DNA of 64,000 bases from the human T2T-CHM13v2.0 reference genome, Homo sapiens. Both the position numbers and the translations under genes were made by a program. The DNA lies in assembly GCF_009914755.1 (NCBI RefSeq), contig NC_060936.1. One strand, 5' to 3'. The notes beneath the pieces are model-generated. The model was not told where the DNA came from. It did not search any database and saw only the letters and a list, made by a program, of their open reading frames with translations. This document shows positions 43,993 to 63,950 of this stretch, piece after piece (position 1 is the stretch's first letter; each line of letters starts with the position of its first letter).

Positions 43993-44548
43993 CTGCAACA
44001 AAGTAGAAGTACATACAACTGTAACTTAAAATGTGGACACCAGTCTTAAAGTCTAGAATAGATTTATATCTGTCTCCCAGAAGAAGCCATCGAATTACAG
44101 GAGCTATTACCATACTTTTAAAATTGAGTTACACAAAGCCTAGTGGTTTTTAAGAAGGAAATCCTGAGAATGGAGTACATACATTTCATTTTGCTTTGCT
44201 TTCTGAGTTGTTAGGATTTTAGCAAAAAAGCTAGATTTGTCCATTTTTGCGTGTTAGTAGGGTTTTGGAGGACAGACATATTTCTAACAACTATCTATAT
44301 AACACCTTTCAAGGTTGCATGATTGGGAATTGAGAAAGGGGAGAACCTAGACATGGTTTTAGGCTTTGGGGGGTAAAATATAATATTTACTTCTCTAACT
44401 CATCCTTCTGTTTCATAGCCTAAGTGACTGCTTCAGGACATGGCAGGGTCTTCAGCAGGTGGTAGGTGCAGGCGAATGTGTCATTAGCACACCTGCCCAC
44501 ATCAACTAGCAGGTAGCAAGAGTGCAATTTCAACAGAGGGATAAGTAC

Positions 44549-44949
44549 TGTTAAATCAAGTTTAGCCTACAGCTGCCTCATTACATTTTAAGCTCAGCTT
44601 AAAGGTTTCTTTGCACATCATGAACTATAACCTAAGTGGACATTATAAACAGATGGTAGCCTACTCTTGTGCCAATTACTGAGTTTTGGCCAATCAAACG
44701 TGGCCAACTGTTCAAACCATGTTCAAATAAGGCAAACGCTGAGTTATAACCAATTCAGCTGTTTCTGAATCTCTTTTCTGTTTCCTGTATGTCACTTTCC
44801 TTCCTCTGTCCATAAATCCTCTTCCACCATGTGGCTGCACTGAAGTCACAGGGACTACTCTGGATGGGAAGGCTGCCCGAATTGAGAATGGTTCTTTGCT
44901 CAATTAAAAACTTTTAAATTTAATTCAGCTGAAGTTTTTTTATTTAACA
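44549..44949 (+). mobile_element. MER57-family ERV1 solo LTR
   Basis: tgttaaatcaagtttagcct...tttaaca; multiple CCAAT boxes. Confidence 0.85.
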
Positions 44950-45975
44950 ATATCTTCAAAAAAACAGGGAATGAATGACTTATAAATAACAAAGATAGAA
45001 GACCATCTTTCCCACAAACACTGTAAAGCCAGAAGCCCACAATGCAAAATCATGCCAATTCCTCCATCACAAGAGCAGTTATAAATAATTAGGGTTCATT
45101 GTTTATTAAGGAAGAAAACTGAGAGACCCAACGTTTTGAAGGCTACATATTAAGGTAGAAATGATCACTGGGCTATCCTCAGCAATTCAAGACCACATGA
45201 AGTAAAAAAACAAGGCAGGACTTTTAGGTTAAGAGCTTCGGGATATAAACCACTTGTGTCCAATCTTCACTAGGGCCTGGTCTACCTGGATAGGAATGGG
45301 GATCTGTCAGGAGAAGAAAGAGAATCTTTACAATAGAAGACTCAACTTCAGCTGATTTTGTGGCTTTGTAATGTTTCTGGAGGGATATTTTTATCTGAAC
45401 TTCAATTAAACTTCCCCTTACTACCCATTGCCCCACCATCCCTCACCCACTGCTCAACACTCAGATCACCAAAATCAGGCAGGTAAAATATTCATGAGCA
45501 CAAAAAAATGTGTTTACACAAGCACACACCAATGCCATCTGAAAGGCATGTCACCTTAGGAAATGGGAAGGTAATTTCATTAGCATTCCATGGGAACATG
45601 ACGACCAAAGGGCCTGGGTGGCCACAACAAACCTATGATGGTTGATGGAAGACTATGTTAGAGAAATCCGTCAGCAAGCAACAACAGGTTTTGATTGTTA
45701 GCTTGTGTTTGTTCTTTAACGGAGACTGAAGATTAAAGGAGGACCATCCTACCAGTAAAGGATAAAGCGTCTTAAAGCTTCATTTGCCTTTTTGGGTTTC
45801 ATTGTTTGGGAGGAAAAACCTAAGCATAATACACACACCCGCTTTTCTTCCCAGCTACGATAAAACTTAACCATCTTATCTCTGCACTTTTATTTAACCT
45901 CTCAGTTAAGAAATGACACCTTCATTTCATGGGTGCCTTGAAGCAGAACATGTTAGATTTTTTTAACAAATCCTA

Positions 45976-46335
45976 TGATACGGTTTGGATTTGTGTCCCT
46001 GCCCATATCTCATGTCAAATTGGAGGAGGGGCCCAGTGTGAGATGATAGGATCGTGGGGGTGAATTTCCTCCCTGCTGTGCTTGTGAGAGTGAGTGAGTT
46101 CTCCTGAGATCTGATGGTTTAAAAGTGTGTGGCACTTCCCCTGTGCTCTCCCTCTCCTGCTGCCATGAGAAGGTCCTTGCTTCCCTTTCACCTTCTTCCA
46201 CTGTATGTTTCCTGAGGTCTCCCAGTCATGCTTCCTGTTAAGCCTGCAGAACTGTGAGTCAATTAAACCTCTTTTCTTCATAAATTACCCAGTCTCAGGT
46301 AGTTCTTTATAGCAGTGTGAAAATGGACTAATACA
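45976..46335 (+). mobile_element. MSTA solo LTR
   Basis: tgatacggtttgg...aaatggactaataca; 5-bp TSD tccta / cccta. Confidence 0.88.
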
Positions 46336-47159
46336 CCCTAGTGATGAGGAATTTAGAGAAGCTTCTTAACATAATTTAGAGATATAATATGCTGGCATCA
46401 TCTCAATAATTTACCTAGCTTCTAAGTTTCTGAATAGAATAGCTTATTTGTGGACAAACTAATAGCATTTTAATAGCTATCACAAAAATGGCTGGGACTT
46501 TTTTCACTCCAAACTAATGTATTTTATGCAAACTACATTATACTAAAAGAAGTAACAATAACGTGTTATGAAAATTTTTTCCTGAAATAAATTTCCCCTG
46601 GTTCATTTTCTTCTCCTGATTTTGACAGGTAAATTTGCATTTTATTCCACTAGGTGGTAGTATACAGAGCACAGATAGAAAATGGAATAATTCTGTACAT
46701 TAAATCCATTTGTAGAAAAAAGGTCTTGATAAACCTCTAAGTAATATTTTTATTCTTAGCAAGCAGGTAAATTATAGACTATAACTTTTCAATGCTGAGA
46801 GAAAATGTGTTTATGTATACTAATACTTTATTTTCTGCAATTTAACCAAGGTCAATTCATGTTTTACAAGTACTTCAAGTACTGGTGTTGATCACAGACT
46901 AGTCACCTTCATCCTCAAATGATTACTTACACCAATTCATTGTCTTTTCATGAATAAAACTGTGATTTCACTGAAAATGGTCACAGTGCTTTAAGACAAT
47001 GAATAAGATCTAACACTAGGCAGAAAGAGAGGAAGAGAGCTTTATGATTGGGTCTGTTTCTATGCTTAGGAGTCATTATTTTTTTCTATGTTTCAATTAT
47101 CCCTTCTAGCCTGAAAAGCAATCTAAATTCTGTGCTACTGTTAAGAGTATTTTATTATG

Positions 47160-47683
47160 AACTGTTATACAAAAAAAGGTAACTGCACTCATATGTTTAT
47201 CACAGCCCTGTCCACAATAACAAAGACATGGAATCAACCCAGGTGACCATCAATGGTGGACTGAATAAAGAAAATGTGATACATATAAACCATGGAATAC
47301 TATGCAGCCATAAAAAAGAATGAACTCATGTCATTTGTAGCAACACAGCTGCAGCTGGAGTCTCTCTATCCTAAATGAATTAACACAGAAACAGAAAACC
47401 AAAATATCACACGTCCGCACTTATAAGTGAGAGCTAAGCATTAGATACATATAGACACAAAGATGGGAACAATAAACACTAGGGATTCCAAAAGAGGGGG
47501 AGGGGAAAAGTGTTTAGAAATACTACCTATAGTGTACTACGTTCACTACTTGGGCAATGAGATCCTTAGAAGCTAAAATCTTTGTATCACAACATATACC
47601 CATGTAACAAACTTGCACATGTAACTCCTGACTCTCACATAAATTTTTTTTAATTAAAAAAAGTCAATTAACTTGTTTCACAC
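47160..47683 (+). mobile_element. L1PB-type 3' end
   Basis: ORF2 end and 3' UTR motifs; 16-bp TSD aagagtattttattat (47143-47158 / 47684-47699). Confidence 0.88.
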
Positions 47684-48981
47684 AAGAGTATTTTATTATA
47701 TAATATTAAACAACTACAAGCAAAATCCCACGATGATAAGTTCAGTCATCTGATTAAATAAAGCAAAAGCCACGTAAATAATGAGAACATATGGATGACA
47801 ATAGCTGATGAATTGTGTGAGTCAATTTCGATGAGTCACATTCCTTATAAACACTTTAACACTTTGGCTTTTTACTCTACTAGCTTCCTGGAATATTCAA
47901 ATACATGAGGAATTAAAAGGGGCTTTAAAAAAAAACATGAAAAATGAGAAACATAAAATTTCAAATGCAGCATATTTAACTTCTCAAGAGACCACATTGA
48001 CTTTGAAGCTGAAATGATGATGTGTTTAAAAAAATAAAGACTTTTTTTACTTCACGAGCTATACCTCACAAATACATGGCAAATACATATACAAGGGTTT
48101 TTAAATACATGGATATGTTGCACAGAAGGACAAGACACTGAGTGTGATGGAAAATAAAAAGACATGTCACAGAGAAAATCATCACTTTCCTCTGATCAGT
48201 CAGAAATTACTTTATCAAAAGGCAGGATTTCAGAGGTGATTTGAATGACGGCAGGAAAGAGCTCAGTGAGCTGAGAAGAGTACTATTAGCCTATGTTTTG
48301 GCCTAGAAGCCAGAGAGGCACAGCAGCATGTGCAGGCTTGAGAATAATTCTGCCTAGGCAAGGCAGATGAGAGGCAGAAGAAATAAGATAATTGGAAAAG
48401 ACAGAAGAACATTTTTCCTAAAGCAAGACAATTTTTTTTTAATTTGAAGAGTAGCCTGTTTTCTTTTTTAAAAAACTACTGCCAGTTGTTTTGAAAGAAG
48501 TTTAAATTGTTAAAGGGGAAAATAGTAAAGAATACTGGACTAAGGGGTGCTTCAAGGGAGAGCTCAGCGGTCCATACAGGGCTTGAATGCTGTGAGGGTC
48601 AGTAAAGCGAGGGCACTGAATTCATACTGTGTTTATATAGGAAAAGCTACTATAGCTGGCTTGCTGAAAGATCAAAAAATAATAATAACCCCCAATAGTA
48701 TGCATTGCTTTTTGGCTCCAAAATATTTCACTGTCATTATCTCATACAACAGAACAATTCAAAAAGTTATAATTCCTATTTTTAGGTTGAGGAAACTGAG
48801 GCTTCAAACAATTTGCCCAAATGTCATGGTTATTAAGTTCTAGTTCTTCTCCTCTTAATCCAGAGTTATTTCATACTTTACCAAAGCTTGAAAAAAATAT
48901 TAATAAAGTACCCAAGATCTCCTTACTTTAAGAGAGTTCCAACTGGTATCTAGCTTTCTTCCCGCTGAGCCTTCACCCATA

Positions 48982-50290
<1,309 letters not shown>

Positions 50291-50417
50291 CTTCACCCTC
50301 TACACACCCCACGCTCAAACCATACTGAACCCCTTCCATTGCTCCTCACTTTCCTACTTCCATATGCTCTACTGCACTACTTCCTCTGCCTGGAACACTC
50401 TCCTTCCAATGCCCTCC

Positions 50418-50795
50418 TATTATGGGTTGAATTGTGTCCCTAAAATTCCTATGTTGAAATCCTAACCCACGGTGTGACTGTATTTGGACATCGGGCCTTT
50501 AAAGAGGTAATTAAACTTAAATGAAGACATGAAAGTGAGGCCTTAATCCATAGGCCTGCTGTCCTTATAAGAAGAGGAAAAGACACCAGAGATAGCTCCC
50601 TTGGCCAGATAGAGGAAAGGCCCAGAGAGGACATAGGGAGAAGGTGGCCATCTACAAGCCAGGAGAGCTCTTACCAGAAATCAGCTTTACAGGCACCCTC
50701 ATCTTGGACTTCTAGACTTTGGAGCAGTGAGAAAATAAACACCTGTGGTTGAAGCTGCCTAGTCTGTAATATTCTATTATGGCAGCCCTAGCTAG
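50418..50795 (+). mobile_element. MLT1A/B (MaLR) LTR
   Basis: tattatgggttgaattgtgtcc...attatggcagccctag. Confidence 0.85.
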
Positions 50796-50796
50796 C

Positions 50797-55721
<4,925 letters not shown>

Positions 55722-56345
55722 TGTCAGAACTATTTAAACCAGAGCAACTCCATCTTGAATAGGGGATAGATAAAATGAGCTGAGACCACCTGTGCTCCAT
55801 TCCTAAGAGGTCAGGCATTCTTAGTTACAGGATGAGATAGGACATTACAAGACAGATACAGGTCACAAAGAACCCACTGAAAAAACAGGAAGCAGTAAAG
55901 AAGCCAGCCAAAACTAAGATGGTGAGGAAATTGACCTCTGGTCATCCTCACAGCTTATCTTAGGCTATTTATAATGCATTAGCATGCTAAAAGACATTCC
56001 CACCAGTGCCATGGCAGTTTACAAATGCCATGGCAACATCCAGAACTTACCCTATATGGTCTAAAAGAAAGAGAAACCCTCAGTTCTGGGAATTCCCCAC
56101 CCCTTTCCAGGAAAATTCATGAATAATCCACCCCTTGCTTAGCATATAATCAAGAAATAACCATAAAAATAGCCAACCAGAAGCCTTCAGTGCTGCTCTG
56201 CTTATGGAGCAGCCATTCTTTTCTTTCTCTACTTCTCTAATAAACTTGATTTGATCTTACTCTGTGGACTCACCCTGAATTCTTTCTTGTGTGAGATCCA
56301 AGAATCCTCTCTTGTGGTCTAGACTGGTATCCCTTTCCAGTAACA
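55722..56345 (+). mobile_element. MER41B LTR (3' LTR of the provirus)
   Basis: tgtcaga...aaccagagcaactccatcttgaatagg...aataaacttg...ccctttccagtaaca. Confidence 0.9.
56084..56113. promoter_or_regulatory. Tandem GAS motifs (TTCTGGGAA 56084-56092; TTCCAGGAA 56105-56113) plus kB site GGGAATTCCC (56088-56097)
   Basis: Motifs read directly; function not shown. Confidence 0.6.
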
Positions 56346-56770
56346 CTCCAATTAAGCTTTCTTCTCTAAAAGTTAAACAGAAACCAGTGCTTCTGAAAGA
56401 CTGGTATCAACCACCTGCCTGACACTGCCCCTCCCTTTTGCAGTTTCAACACAACAACAAGAATTCTTTCCTGATAAGAGACCTCTGACCACAGAGTGGT
56501 TCTGGCCAGTCTACAGAGGCTGAACACAGAGGGCTTTCGTGTCCTCTGCTTCACCTTTTGATGTATAGGCCCTAACTGTAATACATTAAATGTTAAGGCT
56601 CCACCCCAAAGTGACTTGTGATGCATGCTGCATACACGTTAGCCTACTATGTATGTGTGTGCCACCCCTTCGTGAATACTAATAGCTCCTCCTATAGCCT
56701 GTTGAATATATATACTTAGCCACCCTGCTCAGCATAAATTCCCGTTCTCTTTTCCCCTCTCTCTCCTTTC
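56346..56770 (+). mobile_element. Partial ERV1 LTR (MER66-like), 5' part missing
   Basis: gataagagacc...gtggttctggccagtctac...tcctctgcttcaccttttga. Confidence 0.6.
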
Positions 56771-57689
56771 CAAATTTATGAGCCCCATCATTCTTCAGTT
56801 AACAATATTTAGGACTGCCAGAACTAGAGGAACTTCTACCACACTTCAATTATTTTCATTTGTAAAAAAAAAAAAATCTGATGCTAGTCCTAACATTTTG
56901 CATTGACTGACACCCTAGAGAAAATGTCCTTTGTCTCTTGCCTGATTTCCTTTAGTTCTAGCCAATAAACTAATGGGCAATCCATACATAGGCATTTGAA
57001 AATGTATCACTGGGGAAGCTGAAGTCCAAATTTTCTGAGACTTGCTGTAACAGGGCTAAGGGATAAATCCAGGTTTATTTGCCAGCCCTGTTCAAAGAAA
57101 AAAGATGGTATAAATTTAACACTTGATAAAAAGGCTGATCAACTCTTTTAAGTTTTTAGATAAGAATGACCTTAGAATTTAAAAGAACAGCTAAGAGAAA
57201 ACTAAAGACAAAGTGGAAAAGACTAAAAGAACACTTAACACTCTTCTCTAACTTCCTCCTGTGTAAAAGAAGTGATAATGACTACTCACAGGGTTAATAT
57301 AAGGATTACATTAGATAATATGTAGAGAGCGCCAGGGCTCGATATTTTTAAGCACGCAAAACTAGCAAGTGTTATTGTTTTTGCAAGAAATCATTGCTAA
57401 CAGAAATGGTAAATACATTCCATATGTACAATACAAAGAGCATAAAAATGACTGTAAACATGACCACAGAACTTCAGTCAACACTCAACGTTTGAAGAGT
57501 GGAAAATGAGCATTTGGGAAAAAGACAAGAATTATCATGCCAGTTATTTGGGAAATACAGGTTGGCAAATTTGGAATCAATCCTAAATATGGATTTTAGA
57601 ATGAATTATTTAAAAAGTGGTCCAGGATACTTGATAGGAAAGTACTCAGGAGGTGCTACAGTGAGTCACCCTTAGAAAGGCCATGCTTT

Positions 57690-57984
57690 GGCTGGGCACA
57701 GTGGCCCCCACCTTTAATTCCAGCACTTTGGGAATCCTGGGGCAGGAGAATCACTTGAGACCAGGAGTTTGAGGTGAGCCTTGGCAACATAGCAAGACCC
57801 CATCAATACAAAAAATTTAAAAATCAGCCAGGTGTGATGTCACATGCCTGTAATCCTAGACACTCAGGAGGCTGAGGTGGGAGGATTACTTGAGCCCAGC
57901 AGGTCAAAGCTGTAGTGAGCTATGATGACACCACTGTACTCCAGCCTGGGTGACAGAGCAGGACCTTGTCTCAAAAAAAAAAAA
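57690..57984 (+). mobile_element. AluJ
   Basis: Full dimer; TSD gccatgcttt. Confidence 0.92.
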
Positions 57985-58025
57985 GAAGCCATGCTTTTAT
58001 TTCACTTTCTGGAATGATTCCAAAT

Positions 58026-58209
58026 CAGGAGTCGACAAACTTCAGACTGCTGCCTGTTTTTATTGCTTTTATTGGAACATGTTCATTTATTTATGAATTG
58101 TCTATGGCTGCTTTTGTACTATAAAAGCAGAGGTGAGTAGCTATATAGCCTACAAAGTCAAAAATATTTACTATTAAGACCATTACAAAAAAAGTTTGCT
58201 AATGCCTTC
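58026..58209. mobile_element. MER58A-like hAT MITE
   Basis: caggagtcgacaaact...aaagtttgctaatgcc termini. Confidence 0.75.
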
Positions 58210-59937
58210 TCTAAGTGACAAGAAAATGCTACAGGATGGTTATTATCGCACCAGGAATGACCTCAAAACCAAGATCTCCTCACTGGCTCCTGCCTTTGAC
58301 CTTGTGGTTATATCCAGTTTGGCTCAGTTGACTAGGCCTCCCACTGTGCTGGCCCTAGAATAGAAAGACAAAGAAGACCACAAAGGATGCTAATATCTGC
58401 AATGAAGATATACCCAACAACCCCAGCTGAGAAGATGAGGAAGAAGATATTGAGTCAAGTAATGAAGAGCTCACACCAAGACACTATGGTGTCAATGGAG
58501 CAGTATGTGTGTGACCGTGCAAGGTGGGGGTTGGATGCTGCTCTACTTAGTCACATGTCCCTGCCTGCTTACGTGGTCACCCTTAGAAGGAGAACTATGA
58601 TAGGAATGTGAGAAATCTTTTGAACATTTTAACTATCAGTTTTCCCTTCCTTCTGGCTAATTACTATTAGCTTAGAGATATGCCATAATATCTCCCAACT
58701 AAGACACACACTCCCTTTAGCATCTATCCCATTCCAGGGAGGCGTCCATTCTCTGTCCCACTGTGCAGCAGAATTCCTCCTGACATTTATACATATTCAG
58801 CATCACAGCTACCCATTCTCTCATTCTCTCTCAAATCCCAAACACTGCAACCCCACCACCCTACTAACACATGCTTATCAAGATCACCAAGGCCTTCCAC
58901 ATTGACAAATCCAATACTCAGTTCTCAGGCCTCATCTCACTGTGGCAGGATTTGCCACAGCTGCTTGTGGTTTCCAGGTTCACTTGGTTTCCAGTCCACT
59001 AAACCTCTCTTGTTTTTCTTTCTACCTTGCAGGCTGCTACTTCTCAGACAGCTTAGCATTTTACAAACTCCCTTTCTTCTAAATGCTGACCTGCCCCAGG
59101 GGTTAGTCCTTGCCTTCTTTTCATCTCTATCTACAGTTCTCCCCTTAAAGATGTAATCTAGTTTCTCACCTTCAAAGGCATTTTTATGCTTAAAGACAAG
59201 AATCTATCCCTTAAATTCCAAACTCTCCCCTGAATAATAGACTTTCACATCTATAGTACCTACATGCATGACTGTTTTAACTCTTTATTCTACCCATATC
59301 ACTCCAACAAACAAACAAAAAAAGACTTCTTTCTCATTCTTCTCCATCTTAGTAACTGATTACTATCCAGTTGCCATCGCCCAAAAGGAAAACAGCATCT
59401 CTTCTCTCACACCCACATCCAACCTATCAGCAAATTGTGTGAGCTGCAGTAAGTATCCTTGAATGTATGTCTTCACATGCAACAGGGGATATAACTATAA
59501 CATAAATTTCTTGAAGAAAACCTACATCTTTAAGGCTCCCAAATGTAATTTTCCTGCTTTATTCAATTTACTAGTAACAGTTCTTATATTTGTTGTATCA
59601 ACAATATAATAGTTGATTAACAAGAAACTGAGAGTGAAATTATATTGGCTGTGTGTGTGTATGTATATGTGTATGTTATATGATACATATACATGTTATA
59701 AAATATAGAATATAATATATAAAATCTGGTTAAATACATCAAATATAATTGTATCAACAATATAACGGTTGATCAACATTATAACCGTTGTTATCAACAA
59801 TCTAATAATGGTTGATCAGTAAGAGACCAAATTTAATTTTCCTGCTTTACTCAATTTACTAGTAACAGTTCTTATATTTGTTGTATCAATAATATAATGG
59901 TTAATCAACAAGAGACTGGTTATATAAATTATGCTAC

Positions 59938-61350
59938 TGAGAGATGACAGTGCTGGCAGCCCTCCCAGCCCTCACTCGCTCTCGGTGCCTCCTCGGCCTC
60001 GGCGCCCATTCTGACCGCGCTTGAGGAGCCCTTCAGCCTGCCGCTGCACTGTGGGAGCCATTCTCTGGGCTGGCCAAGGCCGGAGCTGGCTCCCTCAGTT
60101 TGCAGGGAGGTGTGGAGGGAGAGGCATGGGCGGGAACCCGGGCTGCGCATGGTGCTTGTGGGCCAGCTGGAGTTCCGGGTGGGAGTGGGCTTGGCAGGCC
60201 CCACATTCGGAGCGACCGGCTGGCCCTGCCAGCCCCGGGCAGTGAGGGGCTTAGCACCCAGGCCAGCAGCTGCGGAGGGTGCACCGGGTCCCCCAGCAGT
60301 GCTGGCCCACCGGCGCCGCGCTAGATTTCTCGCCGGGCCAGATTTCTCGCCAGGCCTTAGCTGCCTCCCTGCAGGGCAGGGCTCGGGACCTGCAGCCTGC
60401 CATGCCTGAGCCTCCCGCCCCCCGCCACCGCTGTGGGATCCTGTGCGGCCTGAGTCTCCCTGACGAGTGCCACCCCCACTCCACAGTGCCTGGTCCCATC
60501 AACAGCCCGAGGGCTGAGGAGTGCGGGTGCACGGCGCGGGACTGGCAGGCAGCTCCACCTGCAGCCCTGGTGCAAGATACACTGGGTGAAGCCAGCTGGG
60601 CTCCTGAGTCTAGTGGGGACTTGGAGAATCTTTACGTCTGGCTAAGAGATTGTAAATACACCAATCGGCGCTCTGTATCTAGCTCAAGGTTTGTAAATGC
60701 ACCAGTCAGCACTCTGTGTCTAGCTCAGGGTTTGTAAATACATCAATCAACACTCTTTATCTAGCTAATCCAGTGGGGAGGTGGAGAACTTTTGTGTCTA
60801 GCTCAGGGATTGTAAATGCACCAATCAGCACCCTGACAAAACAGACCAATCAGCTCTCTGTAAAATGGACCAATCAGCAGGATGTGGGTGGGGCCAGATA
60901 AGAGAATAAAAGCAGGCTGCCTGAGCCAGCAGTGGCAACCTGCTGGGGTCCCCTTCCATACTGTGGAAGCTTTGTTCTCTCGCTCTTTGCAGTAAATCTT
61001 GCTGCTGCTCACTCTTTGGGTCCACACTGCCTTTATGAGCTGTAACACTCACTGGGAAGGTCTGCAGCTTCACTCCTGAAGCCAGCGAGACCACGAACCC
61101 ACCGCAAGGAACGAACAACTCCAGACATGCCGCCTTAAGAGCTGCAACACTCACCGCAAAGGTCCGCAGCTTCACTCCTGAGCCAACGAGACCACGAACC
61201 TACCAGAAGGAAGAAACTCCGAACACATCTGAACATCAGAAGGAACAAACTCCAGACACGACACCTTTAAGAACTGTAACACTTACCGCGAGGGTCCATG
61301 GCTTCATTCTTGAAGTCAGTGAGACCAAGAACCCACCAATTCCGGATACG
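59938..61350 (+). mobile_element. LTR12 (HERV9; LTR12C/D-like) solo LTR, full length, antisense to BCAT1
   Basis: tgagagatgacagtgctggcag...gagaccaagaacccaccaattccggatacg. 4-bp TSD CTAC (59934-59937 / 61351-61354). CCAAT repeats, GATA site, AATAAA box at 60905. Confidence 0.95.
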
Positions 61351-61351
61351 C

Positions 61352-62337
<986 letters not shown>

Positions 62338-62399
62338 ATATGTCCAATGGATACCCCACATCTAGGAAAATGGAAAAAAAAATAGGGGTGTATCCGTAT

Positions 62400-63950
62400 G
62401 TGCCAAAATGAAAAGATCTCCAAGACAAATTTTAAGTGCAAAAAACAATAATACAAACAAAATTGTTCATAGTATCACCACTATTTATATTTTTTAAAAA
62501 GGAAGGTACAGATAGAGAGCCCCAAAATATTCTTCATCTATGGAAACATGACATATCAAAACTGGCACTGTAATCAGTGAGGAAAGGATAGACCACTCAA
62601 TAAATGGTGATGGGACAACTTGGTCTCCGTGCAGAAAAATAAAAGAAATTGTATATGTTACTTGATAACAAAGTTCACTTTCATATGGATTTCATTTAAA
62701 TGAAAAAAAGCAAAACTTTAAAAGAATGTTCTTGGAGTAAGAATTTATTTAACCTGTATGACCTTGGAGTAACAAAAAATTTCTTTAAAATGCATAAAAA
62801 GTATAAAACATAAAGAAAACTTTAACTACTTTAAAACTAAGTACTTCTGTTCATCAAAAGATATCAGTAAGAAAGTGACAAAGCAAGACACAGACACAGA
62901 AGCTAGCCACAGACTGGGAAACTATTTGCAGTACGTTTATCCAACATAGGATTTGCCATAGACTAGGAAGTTATTTGTGATATATGTATCAAAGGATTTA
63001 TACCTAGAATATACAAAGATGCAAAAAATTAAAAAGACAAAAGACTTGCAAAGGCACTTCACAAGAGGACTTCTGTAGCTGGTAAACCTATGAAAAGGTA
63101 CTCAACATAATTGGTTCTCAGGGAAATTAAACCACAAATAACACAAGACTGTATACATTAGAATGAGGAAAGTTAATAAGACAGTATCAGTATTGGCAAA
63201 GAAATGAAGCAAATACATACACCACTGATGGGAGAGTAAACTGGTATAAGCACTTTGGGAGTTTGGCAGTGAGACAGCCAAGTGGGAAGAAGACCCCAGA
63301 GAAACTCCAACCGGCCTGCACACTGGGAGGAGTGCACACTGGGGAGCCACAGACGGTCACACCATTCACAGTGGGGAGGAGCCTGGCCCCTCCTCTTCCT
63401 GGGTGGTACCTGGGATTCAATCTGCAAGGCAGGAAGCATGCTAGCAGGACCCTGGCTTTGTGGGGAGTCCCTGTTTCCCTTTTTTCCCAATAAGTTCCAT
63501 TATTCTCACCTTTCAAATTGTCTGCGAGCCTAATTTTTCATGGCCTTGGGACAAGGACCCCATCTTTAGCTAAACTAAGGAGAAAGTCCTACAACAGCAG
63601 TATCTACTAAAGTGAAATATACATACACCCTGTGACCCAGCACTTCAACTCCTAGGTAAATACCAAAGAGAAGCAACTACATATGTCTGCCAAAATGTCC
63701 ATCTGCAGTAAAAGAGAATACCATACCAGATGGGAGATGGGGGGACATAAAGAAGGAAGTGCTATAACCTCCAACGTGGTTGACTCTATTGGAGAGGGAA
63801 CGGAGGCAAAGGAGAAAGGTACACAAAGGCTTTCCATTGAACCCATCATGCTCTCATCTTAACCATGTGCTGGGTCCTTAGATTTTCACTTTCACTCTTT
63901 TCTTTAAATTGTATGTTTATAGGTGTGTAATTTGTTTTAAAATTTTTGAG
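62400..63950 (+). mobile_element. Old L1M fragments
   Basis: aataaatggtgatgggacaact, gacccagcacttcaactcctagg and similar ORF2-derived motifs. Confidence 0.7.
63270..63596 (+). mobile_element. MER61-family ERV1 solo LTR inserted in L1
   Basis: tgagacagccaagtgggaag...aaggagaaagtcctacaaca; 4-bp TSD GCAG. Confidence 0.85.

Noticed and set aside
43444-48843. Two ORFs sharing the peptide KARALNSYCVYIGKAT.AGLLKD
   Set aside because: A by-product of the 69-bp DNA duplication; no splice or start context supports coding.
59929-61175. Dense overlapping ORFs and CpG-island-like composition
   Set aside because: Explained by the GC-rich LTR12 U3; not a gene or native CpG-island promoter.
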